Counted from the first letter of the stretch, positions 8,692 to 18,122 are shown. The stretch is DNA of 64,000 bases from an uncultured Gammaproteobacteria bacterium (GCA_964520615.1 CAZFNL010000137.1:84898-148897); one strand, 5' to 3'. Notes: a model not told the origin generated them from the letters alone. Program-made: numbers and translations.

Positions 8692-9795
8692 TTATATTAG
8701 AAACATCCTGATGATGTCCAAAAAATTACCTAGGTCTTTCTCCAGTTCATCCGCGGTATAATCGGTAATTTTTACCAGAGACATATTTCCCTTCGGCAAT
8801 ACCAAGACCATTTTTTCCGATACTTTTTTCTTGTCCTTATTCATTCCCGAAAGTATGTGACCTTGTATAAAATTTTTTCCGTCAATTTTTAGATTGTCCA
8901 ATTTCAATAAAGGGAAAAAAATATCATCGTTTATCCGTATATTCAGCTTTTTTGACAACCAGCCTTTTCTTACACTTACGCTGTTGGCATAAATCATACC
9001 CAGTAACACTCCTATCCCGTGGGATACGCTAAAGTTTGAAGCAGATTCCAAAGCATGCCCCAGCTCATGTCCGTAATTTAAAAGATTCCGCCTGCCATGA
9101 TCAAACTCATCATTTTCCATATAACTTAATTTTATCCTTATGCAATCTTTTATTATTTCCTCTATATTTTTTTTATCAAAGAAGGACAAAACCTTTTTCA
9201 GTCTTGAGGATATTTCTTCTAACCTGCTTTGCGCGTTTTTATCCATCAAGAGCAATTTAGCAATTTCTCCCATTCCGTTGATAATATCCATCTTTTTCAG
9301 TGTTTTTAAAAATTCCGTATCTATATATATAAAATCCGGCGGGTAAAAAGTACCGATAACATTTTTATACTTATTAAAATTTAGAGATGTTTTTAATCCG
9401 ACGGCACTGTCTGCTTGTGCAAGAAGAGTAGTCGGTATATATATCCAATGGACTCCCCTGTATAAGGTTGAGACGCAATATCCTACTATATCCTGGTTTA
9501 TTCCCCCGCCAAAAGATATCACCGTCAGATTTTTTTTATACGGAAGAGGTAATAGCCATTTATAGATTTTTTCTACTGTCCTTAATGTTTTTCCGCTTTC
9601 GTCAAGTTCTAAAACTAAAAGCTTGCTTTTTTGGAATTTATCAAAAATCCTATTTTTATAAAAACCATAAACTACATTCCCGCAAATTATAACGGAATTC
9701 GGGATATTTTGGAGGTCATCCAAATACTCAAAATTATTTGAGAACCGGACGGTAAAATTTTTTATTGGAGATGTGATGAGAATGTCGCCGTTCAT
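8692..9795 (-). CDS. 3-Dehydroquinate synthase-like sugar-phosphate cyclase (DHQS superfamily).
   Basis: 367 aa. FGGGINQDIVGYCVSTLYRGVHWIYIPTTLLAQADSAVGLKTSLNF..KNVIGTFYPPDFIYID matches the DHQS core, and NYGHELGHALE matches the metal-binding His pair. Confidence 0.75.
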   Translation of the reverse strand: MNGDILITSPIKNFTVRFSNNFEYLDDLQNIPNSVIICGNVVYGFYKNRIFDKFQKSKLLVLELDESGKTLRTVEKIYKWLLPLPYKKNLTVISFGGGINQDIVGYCVSTLYRGVHWIYIPTTLLAQADSAVGLKTSLNFNKYKNVIGTFYPPDFIYIDTEFLKTLKKMDIINGMGEIAKLLLMDKNAQSRLEEISSRLKKVLSFFDKKNIEEIIKDCIRIKLSYMENDEFDHGRRNLLNYGHELGHALESASNFSVSHGIGVLLGMIYANSVSVRKGWLSKKLNIRINDDIFFPLLKLDNLKIDGKNFIQGHILSGMNKDKKKVSEKMVLVLPKGNMSLVKITDYTADELEKDLGNFLDIIRMFLI

Positions 9796-10466
9796 TTGGC
9801 AATAAATCCTCCGTCAATGGGAAGTACGGATCCGGTAATATAAGTATTTTTTTCTGAAACGAGAAAAGAAACCAATTCAGCAATTTCCGCAGCAAACGCA
9901 AATCTTCCCAACGGTATGTCTCCGGCTATTTCCGCATTCTTCCGCGGGGAATTTCTGCCTGTTAAATCAGTAAGGGTAAAACCGGGACACACTGAATTAA
10001 CCAATATATTAAAAGGTGCCAGTTCCAAAGCTAATGCTCTTGTCATACCGTTTATACCGTGCTTTGACGAAGCGTATAAAACCTGTTTGCCCCTTGCGAC
10101 AATTCCAAATATGGAGCTTACGTTTATTATTCTTCCCCATTTTTGCTTTTTCATATACCCAACAACAGAGTTTGCCAAATAAATCGGGGTGATGAGGTTG
10201 ATTCTTAATGTATCCTCTATATTTTTTTTATCCAGTTCTCCTAAATACTGAGGCTGATTTATGCCGGCGTTATTGATCAGTATATCTATCTTCTGACTTC
10301 TTAATTTATTAATATATATTGAAACGGATTGTTCATCGGACAGATCCAGTTCTCCTCTGGATGGCGTTATCAGCAAATATCCCTCTTCTTCAAGTTTTCC
10401 CCTGATTGCTTTGCCTATTCCTCTTGATGCACCGGTCAGAAGAACTGTTCTTTTATTATTATTCAT
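9792..10466 (-). CDS. Short-chain dehydrogenase/reductase (classical SDR).
   Basis: 224 aa. It has TGASRGIGKAI, NNAGI and the catalytic YASSKHG (YxxxK). Confidence 0.85.
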   Translation of the reverse strand: MNNNKRTVLLTGASRGIGKAIRGKLEEEGYLLITPSRGELDLSDEQSVSIYINKLRSQKIDILINNAGINQPQYLGELDKKNIEDTLRINLITPIYLANSVVGYMKKQKWGRIINVSSIFGIVARGKQVLYASSKHGINGMTRALALELAPFNILVNSVCPGFTLTDLTGRNSPRKNAEIAGDIPLGRFAFAAEIAELVSFLVSEKNTYITGSVLPIDGGFIAK

Positions 10467-10471
10467 AAATC

Positions 10472-11398
10472 TTATTGTTCCTTTATTTTAATTTTTCCCA
10501 AATAAGGATCTTTTATTACCATTTCTTTATCAATCATGCCTAAATTTTTTTTATACCAATTATATAAACTTCTTATCCCCTCCGCCAAAGATATCGGTTT
10601 GAAGTCCGGAATTTCCTTCTTCAGCCGCGAAATATCAGCAGTGTATTCCAGATTCATGCCTTTATGCAATATATTGATATCCGATCCGTAATCACTGGCA
10701 GAATTTATAAGCTCAGCAATTTCTACAAGATCTGTTTTTCCTCCGCTTCCTATATTATATACTTTATATTTCGGCTCATGATTGATGAAATAGCTTACTA
10801 TTTTTACCAGATCGTCAATATATAAATAGTCAAATACAACATTCTGGCCTATTTTAATCTCCTGCTTTAAAAGGTTTTTTACAATTGAATTTGATATAAA
10901 CTTAAAAAGATAGTTTTCATATTTCCCGTAGACGCCGAAAAGTCTAAGACAATATATTTTTTCTGATTTTAGCGCAAAGCTGGAACAGACAAATTTATAA
11001 AAGCCGTAATCATCCTTGGGTACCCGCTTTCCGAATTCTTTCTCGCTTATATTTACCAAAGCCCGGCTTTTATCATATTCCGCACCCGATCCGAAATATA
11101 TAAACTTTTCGATTAAATCTTCGCATAAAACAAGATTTATAAAAATCCGCAGATTTACTTCTACGACATTTTTATAATTTCGCGAATCTCTTCCTCCTCC
11201 GGCATTTGCACAATGCAGAATAATTTGAATTTTATTCTTTTTTATAAACTCTCTTAACCGGGAAGAATCCTTATAGTCAAAATCACTATGAGAGGGAGCC
11301 AATATATCAAATTTATCGCTTAAAAATTCCTTTATGTTTTTGCCTATAAAGCCCGATCCGCCTGTCAAAAAAATTTTCTTTTTCACTTTTCCTCCCAA
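10472..11398 (-). CDS. NDP-4-keto-6-deoxyhexose reductase-like enzyme (RmlD/RfbJ/RfbS-like extended SDR).
   Basis: 308 aa. It has the short Rossmann motif IFLTGGSGFIGKNI and a YGxxK region (FGVYGKYENY). It sits next to the ThDP enzyme and the CDP-sugar genes. Confidence 0.55.
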   Translation of the reverse strand: MGGKVKKKIFLTGGSGFIGKNIKEFLSDKFDILAPSHSDFDYKDSSRLREFIKKNKIQIILHCANAGGGRDSRNYKNVVEVNLRIFINLVLCEDLIEKFIYFGSGAEYDKSRALVNISEKEFGKRVPKDDYGFYKFVCSSFALKSEKIYCLRLFGVYGKYENYLFKFISNSIVKNLLKQEIKIGQNVVFDYLYIDDLVKIVSYFINHEPKYKVYNIGSGGKTDLVEIAELINSASDYGSDINILHKGMNLEYTADISRLKKEIPDFKPISLAEGIRSLYNWYKKNLGMIDKEMVIKDPYLGKIKIKEQ

Positions 11399-13224
11399 AG
11401 CGGTATAAGCATATTGCTTTTAAATTCATCACGGGGCAAAAACGGACCCATGTCTTCAAGCGCAGGAGAAACAAACTGCCCGTTGGGTAATTTCCTGGCC
11501 ATCAGTTTAGGATTAAGCGTCAGATTTTTGACAGAGTTTATGACACATACCATCGGGCCTTTACTTTTTAATACATTTTGGATTTTCCTTTTCATATCAC
11601 TATGATTATTTATCTCTATAGCCGGTAATCCATAAGCTTTTGCCACTTTTATAAAATCCGGACAGCTCACTCCAGATTTTTTGTCTACCGCCACGTGTCT
11701 GCCCTCAAACAGATTGTCTTGGGTATTTCTTATGGATTGGTATCCGTCATTATCATAAATAAAAAGCTTTATGGGTAGCCGGTGATGCTTCATCACCTGT
11801 AATTCATGAATATTAAGTTGTATACTGCCGTCACCTTCAAAACAGATAATTCTTTTATTTTTTCCGGAGGCAAAAGCAGCTCCTACTGCCGCAGGCAATC
11901 CGTATCCCATTTGGGCGCAACCGTTGTTCAGAACTATACGCTGTTTGTTCCTGACCCAAAATGCCTGGTATGAACAATTAAGAGGTCCTACACCGTCAGA
12001 AAGTACTATTATTTCGCCTTCGTCAAGCATCGAGCTGATTGTTTCAATAAAACAATAAGGATTTACTGCGTTCTTCTCTTTCCAATACTCAGGTAAAACT
12101 GTTTTATATTTTCGATTAAGCTTTCTCCCGTAGTCCATCCATTTGTTAATCACCAATTTAAAATTCTTCTTGTTTAATTGCTTTATCATTTCAACAATAA
12201 ATTCTTTCGCGTCAACATTTATCTTCAGGTCAGGTGACAATATTGGTTTATCTGTTTCCTTTCTATCAATATCAACCATCACGTGATATGCTTCCCTGGC
12301 AAAAGCCTTATAAGTAAATCCTATAGTCCGAATATCCAACCGTGCTCCGATAGACAGCAGAAAATCACTGTTTTGCAGGATGAAATTGGCAGCTCTTTGC
12401 CCGAAAGCGTGTCCCCTGCCGAAAAAATATTTATTATCAGAAGGAATCAAATCGTATCCGGCATAACTTGTCAGTACCGGAATTTTCAGGAGTTCAACCA
12501 GCTTTAAAAATTCTCCGGCAGCTGCCGACAGCCGGATGCCGTTGCCCGCATACAGAACCGGGCGTTTGGAATGGCTTAATCTAAATATGGTTCGTGAAAC
12601 CAGCTTCGACAAAAGTAGTTTTTTATCATCTTCTGAAGGCAATTTCAGTTCTTCACCAGGAACAAATCTCTTTAACTTTCCTTTTTCTATATACCAACCT
12701 TGTATATCCAAAGGTATATCAAGCCAAGCCGGACCCGGCCTGCCTGATTTTGCCATATATACGGCCTTCTCCAGATGATATCTGATATCATCCGGCTTCA
12801 GGACTGTCACGGCATATTTTGTAATCGGCTTTACCATGTCAATGATATTTATTTCCTGATCTCCCAATTGCCGGGATATTTTTCCTGCCCCCATAGTTTC
12901 TCTTTTTACTTGTCCGGATATTATCAGCATGGGAATGGAATCAAGCCAGCCGCCAAGGACTCCCGTAATCGCATTGGTTCCTCCGGGCCCTGTGGTCACA
13001 AGACACACGCCCAAATTCCCTGAAATCCTCGCGTAAGCTTCCGCGGCTGTGGCACAAGCTTGTTCGTGATAGTTGCAGATATATTTCAGTTTTCCTGCTT
13101 TTCCTATAGAATCAACAAGGTGAATATTTCCGCCGCCTGATATAAGAAAAATGTGGTTTACTCCCAAATTTTCGATGAAACTGATAATGTAATCAGATAA
13201 CTTTATTTTAACCATGGCACTCAA
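11383..13224 (-). CDS. ThDP-dependent acetolactate-synthase-like enzyme, a candidate YerE-type NDP-4-ketosugar two-carbon branching enzyme.
   Basis: 613 aa. The TPP_enzyme N-domain is NHIFLISGGGNIHLVDS..CLVTTGPGGTNAITGVLGGWLDSIPMLIISGQV. The C-terminal ThDP motif is EGDGSIQLN..YDNDGY. There are no ilvN or ilvC neighbours, and it is embedded among CDP-deoxysugar genes. Confidence 0.75.
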   Translation of the reverse strand: MSAMVKIKLSDYIISFIENLGVNHIFLISGGGNIHLVDSIGKAGKLKYICNYHEQACATAAEAYARISGNLGVCLVTTGPGGTNAITGVLGGWLDSIPMLIISGQVKRETMGAGKISRQLGDQEINIIDMVKPITKYAVTVLKPDDIRYHLEKAVYMAKSGRPGPAWLDIPLDIQGWYIEKGKLKRFVPGEELKLPSEDDKKLLLSKLVSRTIFRLSHSKRPVLYAGNGIRLSAAAGEFLKLVELLKIPVLTSYAGYDLIPSDNKYFFGRGHAFGQRAANFILQNSDFLLSIGARLDIRTIGFTYKAFAREAYHVMVDIDRKETDKPILSPDLKINVDAKEFIVEMIKQLNKKNFKLVINKWMDYGRKLNRKYKTVLPEYWKEKNAVNPYCFIETISSMLDEGEIIVLSDGVGPLNCSYQAFWVRNKQRIVLNNGCAQMGYGLPAAVGAAFASGKNKRIICFEGDGSIQLNIHELQVMKHHRLPIKLFIYDNDGYQSIRNTQDNLFEGRHVAVDKKSGVSCPDFIKVAKAYGLPAIEINNHSDMKRKIQNVLKSKGPMVCVINSVKNLTLNPKLMARKLPNGQFVSPALEDMGPFLPRDEFKSNMLIPLWEEK

Positions 13225-13297
13225 CTTCCCAGAATTAATTGGATAAAAAAACTTCCTTACTGCATCAATAGTGTTTCTGGTATTATAATACGTTATT

Positions 13298-14356
13298 GTG
13301 GTTAATAAAAAGTCAAGAAATTGCCCAATCTGTAATTACCAATCAAATTTTCCCATTTTTACCCAGAAGTTTGCCGGCGGGCTTGAACATAAAATCGTAG
13401 TATGCGATAACTGCGGTTTCGTATTTGTAAAATATACATACGACCGGAAAACAGCTAACAAACATTATAAAAAAAATTCAAAATATAATCACGGCCGGGA
13501 TGAAAATCTGCATGAAATATACGCAAAAATTATACAGCAATATTGTCCTCCAACCTCTAAGATACTTGACGTAGGCTGTTCAGACGGACATTTATTGTAT
13601 CTTTTAAGACAAAAGGGTTTTAAGAGCCTTGATGGTTTTGATCCCAGCCCTCAATGCCAAATAGCCGCATCTAGAAAATACAAAATAAAAATACGAACGG
13701 CCGAACTCTACTCTTTTGACACCCGGAGAAAATACGATATTATTATTCTTGCCCAAGTTTTAGAACATCTGGTTGATATAAAACAGGCAATTCAAAAACT
13801 TTCTTCAATACTTTCCGGAAATGGCTACTTTTTTATCGCCTTGCCTGATGCAGATAATTTTTATAAGGATTTCGAAGAACCTTTCTATGAATTCTCTCTT
13901 GAGCATATTAATTTTTTTGGTGTTTCTGCCCTTCACGCTCTCATGCATGACTTTCAGCCTATCCATTTCACCTCGGACGGTAAAGTAATTTTTTCCCTTT
14001 GGCAAAAAAGCGGAGGTGTCAGGAATTCACTAAAAAAATATATCCGGCTGTCAAAGGCAAAAATGGCCAGGATAAACAGAGTAATCGACAATTGCCCTGA
14101 CAGATTAATAGTCTGGGGAGCCGGATCGCTCACGGAAAGGCTTTTCACTTCCACAAAACTTGCCCAGAAAACTATCAAATTAGCAGACAGAAACTTGAAT
14201 TTGGCGGGTAAAAAGCTGATAGGAATAGAGATCATCCCTCCGGAAAAGCTCCGAAGCTATAAAGAACCGGTACTCATATCCTCATTCCGCTTTAAGGACG
14301 AGATTCTCAAGGATATAAAAAAAATGGGTATAAAAAATAAAATAATTACGTTTTGA
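13298..14356 (+). CDS. NDP-sugar C-methyltransferase-like protein (TylCIII/NovU architecture): Zn-ribbon, class-I SAM methyltransferase, then a C-terminal Methyltransf_14-like domain. It has a GTG start.
   Basis: 352 aa. CPICNYQ..CDNCGFVF is a Cys4 ribbon. LDVGCSDGHLL and IIILAQVLEHL form the SAM fold. The C-terminus LIVWGAGSLTERL..IGIEIIPPEKL..VLISSF resembles the C-methyltransferase C-terminal domain. Confidence 0.7.
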   Translation: MVNKKSRNCPICNYQSNFPIFTQKFAGGLEHKIVVCDNCGFVFVKYTYDRKTANKHYKKNSKYNHGRDENLHEIYAKIIQQYCPPTSKILDVGCSDGHLLYLLRQKGFKSLDGFDPSPQCQIAASRKYKIKIRTAELYSFDTRRKYDIIILAQVLEHLVDIKQAIQKLSSILSGNGYFFIALPDADNFYKDFEEPFYEFSLEHINFFGVSALHALMHDFQPIHFTSDGKVIFSLWQKSGGVRNSLKKYIRLSKAKMARINRVIDNCPDRLIVWGAGSLTERLFTSTKLAQKTIKLADRNLNLAGKKLIGIEIIPPEKLRSYKEPVLISSFRFKDEILKDIKKMGIKNKIITF

Positions 14357-14369
14357 AATCAATAAACAT

Positions 14370-15071
14370 TTATTTTGCAAAGCGTAAAAGAAGAATGCCT
14401 ACCAGATTTCTAAAGGCAATTGATGGAATTTTATCTAGTGTATAGACTTTTGTCTTATCACCACGTTGAGTCTTACGGTGATGTATCGGTATTTCATTTA
14501 TGGATAATTTAGCTTTAATAGCCACAGCTATAAAACCCCACCAAAACCCTTCATTTAAATAAGAAAGATACTTTGTGTAAGATAAGATTGCCCTCCTCTT
14601 GAATAAAACAAAAGGAGCGGATGGATCGTGTATTGATGCAGAAAAAAGTAATTTATAGATTATTCGGAAAAAAAGAGAAAAAACTTTTCTTTGTAGAGGA
14701 TCGGACCTTCTCCGTCTCCAACCTATCAGTATGTCTGCCGACATTCTCTTCTTCCAAAACTTGGGAAAATCTTCCGGATTGCATTGGCCGTCAGAATCGA
14801 CACAAAGTAAAAACTCTGACTGTGCGGACTTTATACCATCCAATACTGCACTACCGTAACCTCTCCTTTTCTTTTTCTGATTGAGGCTAATAGGATAATT
14901 CAATTTTAGTTTTTTTAATAATTCTTTTGTTCCATCAGTTGAACCATCCTCGCAAATTATGAAATTGAAACGGATTTTGTTTTTATCGAGAAAAATTTTC
15001 CATTCCGAAAGGACATATTCTATAACTTCTTTTTCATCATACACAGGCAAAATTATTGATAGTGAACTCAT
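14370..15071 (-). CDS. Glycosyltransferase family 2.
   Basis: 233 aa. LSIILPVYDEKEVIEYVL..ICEDGSTDGTKELL and CVDSDGQ (DxD). Confidence 0.75.
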   Translation of the reverse strand: MSSLSIILPVYDEKEVIEYVLSEWKIFLDKNKIRFNFIICEDGSTDGTKELLKKLKLNYPISLNQKKKRRGYGSAVLDGIKSAQSEFLLCVDSDGQCNPEDFPKFWKKRMSADILIGWRRRRSDPLQRKVFSLFFRIIYKLLFSASIHDPSAPFVLFKRRAILSYTKYLSYLNEGFWWGFIAVAIKAKLSINEIPIHHRKTQRGDKTKVYTLDKIPSIAFRNLVGILLLRFAK

Positions 15072-15135
15072 CTTAATGTAAAATCAATTTCTTTATATAA
15101 TTGTCATGTATTATAATACAAAGTTAATATAATCT

Positions 15136-16386
15136 ATGCCTTCCGATATATCATTTGTCCCGGGAAAGACTTATATTCCAGCCTCTGGGAAAGTATTTGG
15201 CGAAAACGAAATAGAAAATGCCGTATCAGCCGCCCGTGAGGGATGGTGGACGGAAGGTCATTTTGCCAAAGAATTTGAAAAGGAATTCTCCCGCTTTTTG
15301 GGCGTGCGCTACGTTTCACTGGTCAACTCCGGCTCCAGTGCCAATCTGACCGCTTTATTTTCCCTGACTTCGAGAGTTTTTGGAGAAAGAAGTTTGAAAA
15401 GAGGCGATGAATTTATTACAGGAGCTGTCGCCTTCCCCACAACCGTCAATCCCGGCATCATCTTTGGTATGACACCGGTCTTTGTGGATGCTGATCTTTC
15501 TTCTCTTAATATTAATACGGAAAAAATTGAAAAAGCCATCACCAAAAAAACAAAACTTATTATGGCAGCCCACACCCTAGGCAACCCCTATAATCTGGAT
15601 AAAATAGTGGCACTAGCCAAAAAATACCATCTATGGTTGATTGAGGACTGCTGTGATGCCTTGGGAAGCCGTTATGAAGGGAAACTTGTGGGAACATATG
15701 GCGATATATCCACATTCTCCTTTTATCCTGCTCACCAGATTACCATGGGTGAAGGCGGAGCAGTCGTTACCAATAACCCCCTTATCCACCGCTCCATACG
15801 TCAATTCCGCGACTGGGGCAGGGACTGCTGGTGCGATACAGGAAAGGATGATACTTGCGGCAAGCGGTTTGGTTGGAAAATGGGAGAACTGCCCGCAGGT
15901 TACGACCATAAATATATCTACTCCCAGATAGGTTTTAACCTGAAACTTACGGATTTCCAGGCGGCAATCGGCCTGGCACAACTTCAAAAATTGCCGCAAT
16001 TTATAAAAAAAAGGAAAGAAAATTATAAAGAACTATTTAAATTCTTTCGAAGATATAATAAGTTTTTTGAGCTTCTTACAACAACAGATAAAGAAGATCC
16101 TTGCTGGTTTGGCTTTCCTCTTCTTGTCAAGAAAGACGCACCGTTTACCAGAAATCAGCTCACAGAGTATCTGGAAAAAGAAAAAATAGGTACCAGAAAT
16201 GTCTTTTCAGGAAACCTTCTTCGGCACCCGGCATATCTGAAAATAAAATACAGGACTGCAGGAAAGATTGTCAACGCAGATCACGTGATGAACAGGGCAT
16301 TCTGGTTGGGAGTTTTTCCAGGAATAAATTTTGAGATGATAGAATATATCAAAAAGACTATCGAAAAATTTCTTAAAAGATTCTGA
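15136..16386 (+). CDS. ddhC: CDP-6-deoxy-L-threo-D-glycero-4-hexulose-3-dehydrase (E1; DdhC/RfbH/AscC-like), of the DegT/DnrJ family.
   Basis: 416 aa. FYPAHQITMGEGG has His where aminotransferases have the Schiff-base Lys, which is the E1 hallmark. The cysteines in IEDCCDALG..(57 aa)..DCWCDTGKDDTCGK form C-X57-C-X1-C-X7-C, the E1 [2Fe-2S] motif. Confidence 0.85.
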   Translation: MPSDISFVPGKTYIPASGKVFGENEIENAVSAAREGWWTEGHFAKEFEKEFSRFLGVRYVSLVNSGSSANLTALFSLTSRVFGERSLKRGDEFITGAVAFPTTVNPGIIFGMTPVFVDADLSSLNINTEKIEKAITKKTKLIMAAHTLGNPYNLDKIVALAKKYHLWLIEDCCDALGSRYEGKLVGTYGDISTFSFYPAHQITMGEGGAVVTNNPLIHRSIRQFRDWGRDCWCDTGKDDTCGKRFGWKMGELPAGYDHKYIYSQIGFNLKLTDFQAAIGLAQLQKLPQFIKKRKENYKELFKFFRRYNKFFELLTTTDKEDPCWFGFPLLVKKDAPFTRNQLTEYLEKEKIGTRNVFSGNLLRHPAYLKIKYRTAGKIVNADHVMNRAFWLGVFPGINFEMIEYIKKTIEKFLKRF

Positions 16387-16410
16387 TATCGCCTGTTCCT
16401 CCAAATAAAA

Positions 16411-18066
16411 CTATCTGATAGAAGTCTCACCTTTATATTTCAACTTATATACTTTAAGGGAGTACCCGTCATCATCAAAATTCATTTCTTTCACTAAAGT
16501 ATAACGTAATTTCAACGACGGACTATACATTCTGGTTTCGTACCACCGGAGATAATTTGCATTGTCAGTATTGGGCATTTCAATATAATAGATTATTTTA
16601 GGCTTATTATAAAGATAACTGTACCAGTTGATTATATATACAGCATCTATATTCTTATGACTTACAGTTCTCCAAAAGCCGCTTTTATCCCAGACTGGAA
16701 ATAGAAATGGTCCTGCACGAAGATTATAAGCAAAAGCATCTTTTTTGAGAGGACGAATACTTTGGAGCAAATCATTTAAAAGGTAGTGCAAATGAGTATA
16801 TTCCAGATTATATACGAGTTGATCACGTCCATATCCGCAACATTCACCCGTAATTGACGTCATGTCTAAGATATCGTGATTTCCAAATCTAAACGTCCCA
16901 TATATTTTCTGAGAAATTGGATCAATTGTTTTAAAACATGATATAAAAAAAAGTGAAATAATGGATAAGAGTAAAAAATTTCTAATTATCCTTTTTTGAA
17001 TAAAAACATGTATTCCGAAATAAAAAAGAATAATCAAAAAAGGATACAACGGTAAAAAATAACGCGGGTTGGAAAAGGTTTTGTAACTGATCATTACCAG
17101 AGTCATGACAAAAAAAATCGTATAAAGAAATATTATATTAAGATATTTTATATCTTCTTTGTAACTGTCCCCTCTTCTTTTCCTTACGATTTTAAATACT
17201 GATAAAATAATTCCCAAAATAAGAAAATAGGTTAGAATCCAGTTAAAATTAGCAATAAAAATTAGTATGAAATATGAGGCTGGTATTTTTTGCACAACGG
17301 AATGAGGAAAAAGTGGCATTTGTAGATTACCACCAGAGTCAGTCAGATACCAAGGCAATGGTTCCTGTCTCAATATAAACACTCTTACCATAAGAAATAG
17401 TAAATAAATTAGAACTGGAAAAGAAAAAAATGCATAATTCCACATTTTTCTAAAAACTTTGCCAAGGTTTAATTTTCTCCATTCGAGAGAAAATAAAAAG
17501 CTAATAAAAACTGAAATTGCGTAGAAGACAATACCTGTTTCTTTGGTAAAAACCAAGGCTGTGCCTGATAAAATGGTAAGTTTTTTGTGTTTAGTAATCA
17601 AAAAATAAAGAAAAATTGTATAGAAAACCAAAACTCCGTAATCAGGACTGTATTGCAGAGCATTTGCCACAAAAGGAGGATAGAACGCGTATAAGAATGT
17701 CAATAGATTTACTTCAATATTATGCTTATTTCCGGAAAAAAGGTGTTTTAATATACCGTAAAAAGCAACCATTGATAAAACTGTAAAAAAAGCTATGGTG
17801 AAATGGAGAACTGGCATATTCCCAAAACCGAAATATTGTGGCAGACTTGTAGGAAGCGTCCAGGCAAAAGAAACATGTTCGGCAAAGTTAAAATTCAGCA
17901 GGTTAAATGATGAAGTCACGGCTTTGTACATATGAGTATTGACATACTCATAAGAGTCCCAAAGAGGCACGAAACCGGAATATCGGTAAATAAGAAGTAT
18001 ATAAGCAAAAATTATAAAAAAGAGCGGAATATGCTTTTTTATTGCTGAGGAAAATATTCGTAACAT
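16411..18066 (-). CDS. Polytopic membrane protein, uncharacterised (possible GT-C glycosyltransferase or polymerase).
   Basis: 551 aa with at least 10 hydrophobic segments and a hydrophilic C-terminal domain. I recognised no family. Confidence 0.45.
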   Translation of the reverse strand: MLRIFSSAIKKHIPLFFIIFAYILLIYRYSGFVPLWDSYEYVNTHMYKAVTSSFNLLNFNFAEHVSFAWTLPTSLPQYFGFGNMPVLHFTIAFFTVLSMVAFYGILKHLFSGNKHNIEVNLLTFLYAFYPPFVANALQYSPDYGVLVFYTIFLYFLITKHKKLTILSGTALVFTKETGIVFYAISVFISFLFSLEWRKLNLGKVFRKMWNYAFFSFPVLIYLLFLMVRVFILRQEPLPWYLTDSGGNLQMPLFPHSVVQKIPASYFILIFIANFNWILTYFLILGIILSVFKIVRKRRGDSYKEDIKYLNIIFLYTIFFVMTLVMISYKTFSNPRYFLPLYPFLIILFYFGIHVFIQKRIIRNFLLLSIISLFFISCFKTIDPISQKIYGTFRFGNHDILDMTSITGECCGYGRDQLVYNLEYTHLHYLLNDLLQSIRPLKKDAFAYNLRAGPFLFPVWDKSGFWRTVSHKNIDAVYIINWYSYLYNKPKIIYYIEMPNTDNANYLRWYETRMYSPSLKLRYTLVKEMNFDDDGYSLKVYKLKYKGETSIR

Positions 18067-18122
18067 ATGAAAATGGAATAACGTAAGTATATAAAAACCT
18101 GCGGTCTGGTAAAAGGGGAAAA

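Noticed and set aside
11383-13224. Considered calling the ThDP enzyme acetolactate synthase (IlvB).
   Set aside because: There is no IlvN small subunit, IlvC or IlvD nearby. It overlaps by 16 nt with a deoxysugar-reductase-like gene and sits among CDP-sugar genes. A sugar-branching role is more parsimonious, though this is unproven.
15072-15135. TATAAT-like hexamers immediately upstream of the ddhC start.
   Set aside because: There are several overlapping AT-rich hexamers in a 64-bp AT-rich gap and no convincing -35 at 17±1 nt. I could not distinguish a promoter from background composition.
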